The notes under the pieces were generated by a model, which did not search any database, was not told the DNA's origin, and saw only the letters and a list, made by a program, of their open reading frames with translations. A DNA stretch of 63,968 nucleotides, the filler included, from Lenisia limosa (taxonomy: Eukaryota > Protista > Breviatea), in the NCBI GenBank assembly GCA_001655205.1. It is 11 parts of 11 records of this genome, joined end to end, with 100 filler letters (N's around TTAATTAATTAA, not from the genome) between each part and the next. Parts side by side here need not be neighbours in the genome. Positions count along the whole stretch, not along the records: positions 33,972 to 51,749 come from LPNZ01002698.1; 10 more parts are not named here. The stretch is one strand, 5' to 3'. The translations under genes were made by a program, and so were the position numbers. Shown here piece after piece: positions 40,101-51,849 of the stretch. Position 1 is the first letter of the stretch; every line of letters starts with the position of its first letter.

Positions 40101-43100
40101 ACTTGAATCATAACCTTCAATTATTCGGTGATACACGAGAAGTATTATATTCTTGCATTAACGTCTTAGTCAACAGTGACATTTGCTATGGCAATTGGCT
40201 GCCAAATTCCTCAGACATTCCCCGTCCTTGGCAGCGACAAAGCTTGTGGTGGCCGGTTGGCTCTGGGGTGAATGGTTTCTTTGGGCTGATGGTTTTAGTA
40301 TGTGTATTTTGTATTTTATCTTCAAGATTATGGAGACACTACAATAGAAAATACCAATATCAGGAGATAGCATCCCAGGGCATGAATATCCAGCATCTTG
40401 AAGTAGGTTACACTTATGATTGTCAGGATTGCTGCTCGTTTCTCACAAATTGCTCATTTCTCACGCATGCTGATACTGGTCCGTTTTGCTGACATAAAAG
40501 ATTGACCCCTCTGTTCTTCTCAATTACACGGATAGCACTTGGCCCCTTCAGAAGGAAGACGAAGTAGGTCTTCTTTCATAGTAGTATATTCTGAAAAGTA
40601 ATAACAAATAGTTAACCAGAAAAGTGTGGTTGAGCAATTACTTACCTCCTAGATTGACACCTTGTGGACAAATGACGCGACAATGGCGGCCCGTATGAGT
40701 GCCCCGGTCAGTTCCGGAGCACTTTGGTTTTGGCTGGATATTTTGGATATTATGGGGGTATTTGATGAGGGTGGTTTATGGATTTAAAATGTATCAACTA
40801 TGCTCTTAATGTGTAATGAAACAAACATCTGCTGCTTGAACCTTGCATTTACTCCTCCAAGGTACCGCATTGGACCCCCCAGCGTGCGTGCTGGTTTGGT
40901 TGGCCTTACTTTAGACCAGGTATCGTCTCAAAACCACCCATCAAGGTGGGCTGCTATCCGCTTCTCTCTTCGTCCTTCAATTATTGTTTCTTCTTTTCTT
41001 CGCCTCCCCCCCCCCCCCNNNNNNNNNNNNNNNNNNNNNNNNNNNNNNNNNNNNNNNNNNNNNNNNNNNNNNNNNNNNNNNNNNNNNNNNNNNNNNNNNN
41101 NNNNNNNNNNNNNNNNNNACTGGACTCTCTTTCCGAACAGAACGCCGACCTTATCAATACCCGGCAATTCAAGGTGTGTGGGAGGAATGTTCAACTCAAA
41201 TCAATTAGTTGTCATTATGAAAACGTCAGAGTGTTACAACTGAGTTATTTGGTGTAGGGTCATGCAATTTTATTTGGTACAGAGTCATGCGATAATTTTT
41301 TAAAAGTATGCGATTACGAACCAGTGCATGATTAGGGTTTTCAAAGGGGAAGCAATTCGATTGTTCGACTCAAATTTTCGATTATGATAGTATTCCTTAA
41401 GACTGTATTTCTTAAGCGAGGTTTCCTCTCACAATTTTAGGCACTGAAGAGGAAGAAGGCGGCAAATTCCAATTCACGACGATGCAGAGGTCCCTTCAGC
41501 TCAGTAAGCTACCCTTGGTGTTGCCGTTGATTTTGCCTTGGCTTTAATGGTCATTTGATCTTCGCAACTTTATGCTGATCTTTACTTTTAAGTTCAACCA
41601 AAAGGACGAGCTGGAGGACCCAACGCTTGCCTGGAAGAATGATATTTACCACAAGGGACGCAGAATGGGCATTCGGTATGATGACTCTAAAGGTGGGTTA
41701 ATCTTTGTCGGGCAACCATCAAAATTGCATGTTTGTTATCCGTGACATTTTAGGAGTTCTAAGTGCTCTTATGGGCATCAGTGAACTAATATCCATGTCA
41801 GCAGAAATGGACATTAATAACGAGAATACCTGTTTTTGTACTCAAGTCAAGCCGGTGGGAGTTTAAGTTATCTGTGAATTTGAGTTCAATTTTTGATTTT
41901 TGCATCATCATAACTCGATAAAACGACCGAAAACAGTGTTCACGCTCCAGGTTTACGGTAACAGCAATTGGGTCAGTGACCAAATGGTTGTGCCATTTTC
42001 ACTTTGCCCTGCACCCCTCACAGTACCAAGGTAAATCCTGACGATCTATATTGTATATATGATACTATATCGATATGTATAAGTAGTATTGTTTTATATT
42101 TCAGGAGTCTAAACTTCTCCATTCCCATTTCATCACAAGTCATTATCACTGCTGGCCAATATGCCGGATGCTCTGCAGTGATTAAATCGTTTTCCAAGAC
42201 TGGCCTTCTCAACCTCGAGGTTTCCGTCTTCAACCAAAACCAGGTAGACTTCTCGGGTTCAATTTCACAGGTATTTCAAAAAAGAATACAAAGGGACCAG
42301 AATTGGTCAAATTTGGGATGATTTCCTCTGTGTGCATTTTTCCTAAAAACAATTATTATTATACTGATAGTTTAAGGGATCTAAGGGGCTTCTTGACGCC
42401 TCTGCCAATGAAGCCATGATTATGACCAACAGAATAACGACTGAGCTTGGCACCCGGAACCTGTTTACTTATGGCGATGTGGGCAGCTCTTCCACAACCC
42501 TCATTTTGCTATCTTTGAGAGAAATACTGATGTATTCCTAAAGCAATAGTAAAATGATTGATATTGTTTTGTTTTGCGATTGTTTGATACTTACTACAGA
42601 GGGGTGAAGCATGTTTTTTTACTCCATGTATCTCACCTACTCTCTTCCAAATCACTCTTGTTTACTCTGTAGTTGCGTGGAATTCTGAAAATAAATCTCA
42701 ATATTCTCCGAAAACTAGCCGGGTTTGATGGCTTGAGACAGTGCTGCCATATCTTGGACAGAATATCAAATTTCCACACTACAGTGACTCATATAATTTC
42801 CATGAAAATAATTGTATCAACAGATCTGTTTTGTTTATCCCATAGATCGCTCTTCGTAGCCGTACCCCTGAGAGCCAGAAGAATCTTCCAAGAGCTTCCT
42901 TCGAAGGTATGGTACCGCAGTCAGCGGTCAGGTTCCAAAGACCCTGTAAATCTAATCATTTAGCTGGATATCGGACTCGGAATTTACTATTACTTCAAGG
43001 GTGTCTATGCTCCAGAATTTTGTGTTCTTCCCATCAAACTGGATCACAACCCCAAGTCTGACGAGGAAAAGGTGAGTACTCAAGCCCCGTTTTCCCATCG

Positions 43101-44638
43101 TTGTATAACTGTAATTATGTTCAGTTTATTATGTTTATAGATATTGAAATAATTATTATTACCTTTAAGCAATGTGTTAATTTTTTATATTTCACCTTCC
43201 AGTTGACCCGCTTTACTTTGGAAAGTTTCCGTTCCATCCAAAGACACTACCCTAGAATGTTCATTGAACTTGAACAACTGCCAAAGGACGAACGAGGCAG
43301 AATTGAGTTTGTAAGAGGGTTAGAGCCACTACCATCGATTAGTGGCATCATGTGTTCTGACAATTGTGAACTGTTTTCACCGAGCTTAGAAGGAACTGAC
43401 ATGGGAGAGGCTCTTTGGTTTGGATGGTAAGGACCTATCCGATCCACAGTATGTGGCCAAGGAAAAGGAGGTTTGCCGCATGCGTTGATGACACCCTTTC
43501 AGGATTTCAGGATTGAACTACTCCATGTCTTTTTATCGTTTTAGAACTTTGACATTCTCGTCAAGGCGCTGGAGGCGTTGCCACCACGACGACTTGTGCC
43601 GAAAAACACAACAACGCTTCCACTGCAGGCATGGAGGGGTGTCATGGGGTTATGGATGGTCCGTGAAAACATCAAAACTACCAATATGAAGGATTTATTG
43701 AGAAAAAGGTGTTCCTGATCCTCTTTGGTGAAGGCGGCACTGTAACTGGTTTAGACCATTAACTCCATTGAGAAGTCCGCTTGTCAACGGAGCAAGTTCT
43801 TGGTGTAGGTTTCTTTCTCTTCAGCTTGTGTTTGGTTGTTCAGCTGACTTTTCAGACCTTTCACTGTTCCCCGCAGAGAGGTACATATCTCTGAGGTATG
43901 AGCAATTTTGCTGGGTTTTTATCAGGATTCTATCATATTCGCGTGTTTATTTCTTCTTTTCTGAATCTGAGGCTGATCGAACAGGTTTATCGTCCAGCTG
44001 CGTCACCCAATAATGCCATGATCCAGGGGCCAAGAGGTGAGGTTTCTTCTCTTTGGTGCACCCTCTACATTGTTTATATTATATTGTTTCTATATTGTTT
44101 CTGTATTGTTTCTGTGTTACTGTATTGCTTCTGTATTGCTTCTATATTATTTATTGCTATGATGTTCCATCATTTGTTGACTTGATAGCCGCTGTGAGAG
44201 ACACAAGCCCCCTACTTGGCCAGTATGTCGCCCTTGCTATGCCGTATGGCCCCGCACCCCTTGGAGCAAGAGGTTTGCTAGGCATGCAAAACCAACAATA
44301 TTTAAAGAAGTTGGATTTTACTCTCAAGTTTTTTTGTAGAGGAGATTCACTCAGTGCATTGCTATTTTTCCTCATATTGTTATGATTTATGATGCTAGGA
44401 GTAGTGGTGGCGGAGTCCAGTCATGTGTTGGAAGTTATTCTCGACATCCCTGTTGCCGCCGGCTCCGACCTTCAGGTTGGGTTTTAAAAGTGGATGGTCT
44501 GTTGTCATTTCATTCACCCTTCAGGGAATCCTTCAGAGGCCGAGGGCTGTGCTGGTGCCGCGGAATTTCGTCGTCAACTTCAGTACCATTGAAAATAGTC
44601 CCATGATGAGAAGGGCAACGTATGTCAAGGCAAAATAA
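34142..44638 (+). CDS. XRN1: 5'-3' exoribonuclease XRN1-like (N-terminal catalytic part lies beyond the scaffold edge)
   Basis: AYITGLEFVWLYYITGPPDWNWFYPGHKAP, FSQLLSVLPP, KEYFPDSF, WRDIPLLPFVD, GFPSFMPLRH, GQYAGCSAVI, DIGLGIYY, LGQYVALAMPYGPAPLGARGLL and VLVPRNFVVNFS occur in XRN1 domain order (helical, D1-D3, SH3-like). Confidence 0.85.
37819..39193. mobile_element. TIR-bounded ~1.4 kb element inside an XRN1 intron
   Basis: Left gtcagttcaatttccggtttttttgcaagatccggtttttt is the reverse complement of right aaaaaaccggatcttgcaaaaaaaaccggaattgaactgac. It lies between the XRN exons KEYFPDSF and WRDIPLLPF. Confidence 0.8.
38057..38970 (-). CDS. Spliced ORF with RG/GR repeats and acidic C-terminus, within the TIR element
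   Basis: MPDTGRFDQSSIWATPGVPVVEKLDGQIVVWKEELK..; HYYPGTKRGNGHGRGRGRG; (GR)n; acidic DFDDSDSSESDFSEG; ends KRNTRAALLRQD*. Splice model inferred. Confidence 0.45.
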
Positions 44639-44912
44639 GATATCTTATCAGGACCTCTCATTATCAGGGGCGAGCTGGAGTTCAGCACACGACTCCCCCC
44701 AAGCCGACAGTACAGCCAAGGCAGGTGGCATGTTAATCGATCCCGGCAGCAAAGTGACAGGTTCAACCAATTCTCGGCCCTCTCAGACATGATGGAATGA
44801 AAGAGTGTAAACGTTTTAAGTTTTGCCCCCTTGTGTATACTAATATGGAATGAATGCTAGAATGAAATGTATTAGAACCAAGAAAATGAAACATTGGAGG
44901 CCGCAGACCCAA

Positions 44913-46059
44913 TCAATAGATATAAGAACACTCATGAGACTCAACTTGCCGTGAGAGGTAGTCTTTGGCGAAGGTTGAATACTGCTGGAATTGTTCTGCA
45001 AAAATGGTCAGCCAAGCTATCAACATATTCATCACAATCGCAATGTTGCTTCGAATGAAATGTTTAAACATTATTACTGGGCTGTTCTAAAAAAAGACAG
45101 AATTTCTTGATCAACTTGAAAAAAAAATGATATTTGGAGAGAATCCCTATTATTCAACCCCTCTGTAAATATCAGGCACTTCTGGGGTAAAATGAGAAAG
45201 TGATTCAAAAACTTGAATTATCAACTCGACATCATTTATCATATATTGTGATATTATTGGGTTTTCACTTGTTAAATTTAATCGGATTAATGCTCCGGGG
45301 GAGGAGGGACTCATGCACCCACCATCAAGTTGTCGTTGGAGCTCAGCTTGGAACTCTTCCTTCAGTTCGGCTTCTCGTTTCTGGATGGCAGCCTATGCCG
45401 TTATCGCTGCATTGCATTTTATTGAATGAATGTGGATACCGTGAATCAGCAGTAGATTACGTTGTTTACACAAGAGAGAACACAAATCAGCTATGATGTA
45501 TCAACCAATTAAGAGCAAATATTCAAGATTGCCGTTGGTTGGGCTGAACTGTAGTTTGAATCCGTTGAAACGAAAAAGACTGATTGGGCGAGTCACCAAC
45601 CTTGATTTCCTGATCCACCTGCTCCCTGGTGAACAGGTGTGATCTAAATTTCCTGAGTTCCTGGGTGGCGTTATCGATCTCAGCTTGACGGGTTTCTTGT
45701 TCTTGGTGCCGAGTCTGGATGCAATAAACTATAAAGAATGGACAAGATGATCATCTACTCAAAAAAATCACAACCATACCTCAAGCTGGTGCTTTAATGA
45801 GAGGAGATGGGCATGGGATGAGGCAGATGAGGGGAGGTTGGTTGCAAAGTCCATGATGGAAGGGCGGGAGGTGGCTGAAAAGGGTCATGTAAATCCAAAA
45901 TATAGTATAACTCTCTATTTCAGCAAGGGACATACCGGAGATAAGCCTAGTTGGCTTAACAGGTGAAGTATTGTTGATGAGAGCAGGCTTTGTTCGTTTT
46001 CTGAGATCAAATTCAGGTGAAGGACATAGATCCTCCATTGTGCGCTTTAAGGAGAGCAT
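44913..46059 (-). CDS. AKIRIN: Akirin-like nuclear protein
   Basis: N-terminus MLSLKRTMEDLCPSPEFDLRKRTKP; HLFTREQV; AAIQKREAELKEEFQAELQRQLDEQFQQYSTFAKDYLSRQVESHECSYIY* aligns by eye with the akirin C-terminus (LFTLRQV..EREEKVREEYE..LAEQYDAF..SYVS). Confidence 0.75.
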
Positions 46060-46316
46060 GGTAAAGACCGTTTTCGAAAATTATCCGTCTTTAGGTCAAA
46101 CTCCACAACTATAAGCGCTTATAACTTGGGCTAATAGTATAATACAGCACAATAGTGTGCAGCTAATCTGAATAAAAGGCTTGACAAGCTGAAATTTATT
46201 ATTTAAAAAGCCTGTTTGCATTATTTACACTGTAAGAAAAAGGAGTAGATCAAAAGATCGTTTGTAAATCCCGAAAGAAAAAAATAAGGTCTTTATTTCG
46301 CCTTAAATATTATAAT

Positions 46317-47900
46317 ATGGCGCAACCAGAAGCAATCCAGCTCTTTAAAGAGATGAAGAAGGACAAATGCAACCGGGTTTGTTATTCACTGAGCTCCATA
46401 AGAAGCTAATCGTTTAGTCCTGTCTTGAATGTGGTACAGCAAGCCCAGAATGGGCTTCAGTAAACCATGGAATCATGATGTGAGTGGAGTGTTTTCTTTG
46501 GTCCCCTTTCGTTTTCTCATTTCATTCTCTCCAGCTGTTTTGATTGCTCTGGAAAGCACAGAAACCTTGGAGTGCACCTCAGGTTAGTGGGGCTTTACTG
46601 TCTTCACTTCCTCGCCTTGTCTCACCCAACAGTTTTGTGCGATCTTTGTCAATGGATAAGTGGAACCCTGGTCAACTTGCGCTCATGAAGGTTTGGGATA
46701 AATATACACTAAATATATTACTGAGTATATAAATAATGTCTCCATTTCTCTCTGGAAAGTTCCAATATATTAGAACGGAGGCAACCAGAAAGCAAGAGAA
46801 TTCTTCCGCAGCCATAACGTCCCTGATGATGGGGGACTGAACTCAAAATACTCGTCTCATGGAGGTGGGTGGATAACTAAACGATGCTTAGGTCTTTTTT
46901 TGGACAGAAAGCCGTTCTGTGCGCTGGCTGTTGATATCCGTTTTTCTTCTCAATAATAGTTGGGTTTCAATTTATATTACCTTTCCTTGATTTTTATTAC
47001 GTTGTTCTTAATAAGCAACATTGAAATATATGTCATATTAGACACCGTGAATTGACAAATCCAGCGCGATTATACCGCCGCAAGCTTGCAGCCCTGGCCA
47101 ATGATAAGCCTTTTGACGAGTCCGTTGCGTCAAGGGAGGCTGAGGCCGAACGGGTGGCGCTCGAGCAAAAGTGGGCTACCGGGGGCATTCGATTCTCCAG
47201 CTGGAATATTATGGCTGTGTAGTTCTAATTCATTACTTCATTGAATTTACATATCATATGTATCTATTCATTTTGTTTTCGTTTGTTTTCAAAGAAGGCA
47301 CAGAGTTGCAAGGCAAATGATTGGGGTTATAATCCAATATCTTTGAATTGTGATGGTGTGTGGACGGCCTCGGCCCTACAACCTTGTTTTATTTCTCATC
47401 TCTATCTATTCTGTATACATACGTGTACATGTATAAATGAAAGAAGTATATCTGATGATTAGATTAGGTGAAGGGATGGGGTAGTATTTAGTTTCCCAAA
47501 AGGACGTGATCTTTGAACCATCAATTAATTTTGTATTGAATTTTATTCCGTTTGAATGAATGATTGAAATAATAACCCTTTTAATTTCTGACGAATCAGA
47601 CAACAGGAATACGAGCACCAGCGCCAAATACAAGCTCAAATGGCGGCTGCACAGCCTCCAGCATCACCAGCAAACCAGTGGAAAGACAGCGCAACCAAAG
47701 TTTCACAAAGTGGTTGCAGGGGACCATTGGTCTTATCATGTTATTTTCAAATTGCATCCTTCTTTTTTCCTATGCTGTAGTAAGCTACTACGGGTCTACT
47801 GCTATGCGTTTCTTCCTTCACCCTTAAGTGTCAAGTTGGATGACAAATACCTGGTCTACACTCAGTGAAAAGACCTCCCAAGGTTACGCGTCCATGCGTA
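46317..47900 (+). CDS. ARFGAP1: ADP-ribosylation factor GTPase-activating protein (ArfGAP1/Gcs1-like)
   Basis: [56 protein letters not shown] zinc-finger GAP domain; 3' end approximate. Confidence 0.88.
47297..47400 (+). repeat. Family B repeat (5' truncated) in an ArfGAP intron
   Basis: gcacagagttgcaaggcaaatgattggg...gtgtggacggcctcggcc...atttctcatc. Confidence 0.7.
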
Positions 47901-49099
47901 AAAGTGGGTTATTGGGTCTCAAGTTGTGCATTTTCTGTAAACACGGTTTCACAAACCATATAATCAAGAGCACACTTGTGGGATTTAAGAAGAGTCTTCT
48001 AGTTGTTTTAGCATTGAATCACAGTGTTAGTTTGCTAAGGGTGGTTGAAACATGAACATGATGTGAAACTCACGTAACCTTAGGTACCGCTTCCAACCCC
48101 ACCCCCACCCCCACACCTCCCTATTCAAATTCCTCAAAAGGTTTGTGGCAGAAAGCCGCTGTTTGAGCAGATTTGTTTTCTTTAAAATTTATCGCGCTTT
48201 CGTTTCATTGACGTTTTGGTGCTCAGTTCGGGGTTATGGTGCATTTTTGGAAAATTCAAAACTTGTGGATATTTGGATAATGATTCAGTTTCCACAACAC
48301 GAGAATCCCCCAAACCCAACCAAGACAGCCTCACAGTCTCAAAGGAGCCCGTTGCGCCGTCGGCGTCGGAAGGCAATGAAGCTTCCGAAGGCCCAGAGGC
48401 TTCGGCGAGGTGGGGGATTTGCCTTTTAGAGTCAATCTCTTGCTATACGTTCTTTTGTGAATGATATTGTATGTGGAGCCAGGTTGACTGTATTTAGCCC
48501 GTCGCCACCCCCGGTTATTACCCCGGTTTCCAGTCCTTCCCCCCCTCCCGTCCAGCCCCTTCGCGCCACCCCTTGTAGGATGGCACTGGTAAAACTTGAT
48601 GAAGTCGATATTCCACTTTTCGGCTGGGTCCTTTTGGTAGCTTTGATGTTGAATGCAAGCTGTGCAACAACTAATAATGAGCTCAAAGAGCACTCTTCTA
48701 ACTACCGAGCCATTCTCGCTTGTCCCATTAATACAGCAGCACGCACTTCATCACGGCCATCCTCGAGTCTCAACGGACGAAAGTCACAAGGACGGCGCCT
48801 CGGGGCCACACGCATGCCCTCTCCTGCTCCCTCCCTCTAAAGTGAATGAGTGGAAAGGGCCATAGTTATATCACAGCCTATTTTTCTGTTTGGGTTGAAT
48901 TGAATTGTTAATTTTTTTTTTTTTTTAATTTCTAATACCTTAGGCGTGCGAGTTGCTTTGTTTTCTGATTTCTTATTACAGTTTTGATTCTATGGTGGAA
49001 TGCACTAATGCATGTTTGTAACAATTACCAAGAGACAGTCATGTGCTTGATTTGATGATAGTATCCGCCTTGGATAACATCGCGATTAGTATCAGAAGA

Positions 49100-51420
49100 G
49101 GAGGCGAACCTCTTGTAACAAGCTTCAGGGGGGCTTTAAACCTGCTCTTTCATCTTCAGCAATTATCTGGCAGTTCACATGAAGCATTGAAGATCAGTTC
49201 ATAATACATTAGACATAGACGAAGAAAGACAAGAAAATTTGAGATAAATAGGTTAGAGGCCGAGCTCATTCATGACGTCATCGAAATTGGTGGTTTGCAG
49301 CATGGACTAAACGCATTAGTAGACCCACTGATTAAGATAAAAAAAAAGACAGACGCAAAAACAATACATCACCAGGTGCCTCCTACCGCATCATTGACAA
49401 CGGGCTGGGCTGCCATTGGGCCTAATGAATGTAAAAATGGGAAAAGTGTGTTATCGTTATTAGGCAGCCCCCCACCGGTCGGATACATGTTCATATTCTG
49501 CATAGCCATAGGAGGAGGCATTTGGTTTGGTGGGGGTGGCTGCGGCTAAGGGGGTGACGGCGAAAGCAAAAACCATGGGGGATCTGATGATTGTTTCAAA
49601 AAACAACTCAAAACACAGAAAAGGTGTTTGGTATTATTCCAAGGATTAACACGATGCTTTTGAGATTGAGAAACTGGTGACCTCCTCCTCCCCACAGTTC
49701 CGTAGAAGTTGGACTGCTGTTGTTTCATCTGCTCATCTGCCACTGCGTTTTTCAGGGCCTGTAAATTTAGAATCTGAAATTCAGAGTACTATTGGAAAGT
49801 TAAAAAGTGACCCAAAGACAAAAGCAAAGAAAAGATTACGCAAATAATTTGAACAGTGCATAAAATACCACATAAGGCTATGAGGGAATATGATGGAACA
49901 GGACCCACATCAGCAAAGTTGAAGCCGTCGCCGTCCATGTTCACGGTGTCTACTCCAATGGAGGCAAACTGGCCTTGGCCCATCATGTTGTTGGCGTTGG
50001 GCATGGCATCCGCTGCAAGGTGAGTCATGCTTTTTATTGCACAGCTTTAGTGCAACAAATCCAAGATATTAAACGGAGTATGATGATAAGATTGCGTATG
50101 ACTTAAACTTTCTGTATTGCATGATTCATAATAAGACATCACAGTTCATTTTACTGATATTCCATCAAAATGGGTGAGATTTGACTATTGGAAAAATCTT
50201 CAAGAGATTTCAACAACGACTCACCTCCAGTGTGCTGCGGGTGGGCTGCAGCTTCGCGCTGAATAGTCAAAATACGGGGAAACGGGACAGGTTTAATATG
50301 TTGTATAAGTCCAACACTTATCATGCTTAAAAGGATATCTGTGTTTAATGTAACTCAGTCATGATGACAACGCGATGTGTACCTGGAGACGTTCCATGTT
50401 CTCATACTGGTCCCACAGCTGTCGGATCTTCATTAGATTGTACTCTGACTCCTACACGACATAACGGGACGAAAAGAAAGAAAGAAAAGATGATTCTGTA
50501 TAGCCTGAAAAGCAAAAAATATCTCCATAGCTATGACTAAGACCCACTTGTTTGGTAACATACTCCTGCATCTGCTGCATACACATCTGTTGGAATTGCT
50601 CGTTGCCAGGTTGTTGCATCATTTCCTGAGGATATAAACCCCCAGTTCAAATGCAAAGATTTAACAAAAAAACCCACATATTTTGGGCTTTACATTGGTT
50701 CGAAATAGACCGGTAAAATATCGATGGTTTTCGACGATTTATTGAGAAATTCAGTCTTTTTTCAAACCGAAGTGAAGCCCTACATATGTATTGTATTCAT
50801 TCAACGAACTGTGGGGAAGGGTAAATAAACTGAAGAAGTACCCCTCCCCCCCGTACCTGCTGTTTGGATTGTCTGAATTGGTTTCTCTTTGCCATGCAAT
50901 CCTGCTCGAATTGGCCCAATTCTTGCTGATGTTGACTCACCAGTGCCTATATTGTCAGGAGGGAAGTAAACAAAATATGCGAGAGCTTAAAAAACAAAAC
51001 AAAAACAAAGCCTCCCGCAGATTCAGGATCTGACAAACGCAAAAGCATCATTCACCAATTCTTTGGGAACCAATGGAAGAAGCCCCTTGNNNNNNNNNNN
51101 NNNNNNNNNNNNNNNNNNNNNNNNNNNNNNNNNNNNNNNNNNNNNNNNNNNNNNNNNNNNNNNNNNNNNNNNNNNNNNNNNNNNNNNNNNNNNNNNNNNN
51201 NNNNNNNNNNNNNTCGGGAGGCTCACACTGAGCGCGCTGGGCTTGCTGGACAATGAGGACAAAGAAGCGGATTCTAAAGATGAGACCCGGGATAAGATAG
51301 GTTCAAAAGCCCCTCCCCCCACCGGGCCGGTGACACTCTCCATTTGGCCGACACGTTCCATCTTCTGTAGCATAGCCTGCTGCTTCTGCTCAGCTCGCCG
51401 CATGGCCTTAGGGGTCAAAA
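49100..51420 (-). CDS. Hypothetical Q/M-rich protein(s), multi-exon
   Basis: Exons PQEMMQQPGNEQFQQMCMQQMQEY, ESEYNLMKIRQLWDQYENMERLQ, RFPRILTIQREAAAHPQHTG and ALKNAVADEQMKQQQSNFYG with GT donors. Confidence 0.4.
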
Positions 51421-51849
51421 TGCAAGATCTCAGTACTATTGAGATACAACTATATCTTTGGATTTGGGCTTGGTTCAGGATTTGGGCTTGGTTCAATATA
51501 TGCTCCCGAACAAAAACTGTGACGGTTATGAAATATGCTCTGTTACTGTAGTTATTTGATCATAACTTAACGCAAACTATGTTTTATTCCTCCTAGTAAA
51601 CAGCAAATTATAGCCAGAGTAAATACGGAATTTCTTTTTTGAAAATTAAACACGGATTTTTGAACAGAACTGAACTGAACTTTTTTCTATGGACTTCCTC
51701 TTTACGCAACAAATCTTTGGGAGCGCTAGCCTAGTGGTTGTACACACTGNNNNNNNNNNNNNNNNNNNNNNNNNNNNNNNNNNNNNNNNNNNNTTAATTA
51801 ATTAANNNNNNNNNNNNNNNNNNNNNNNNNNNNNNNNNNNNNNNNNNNN

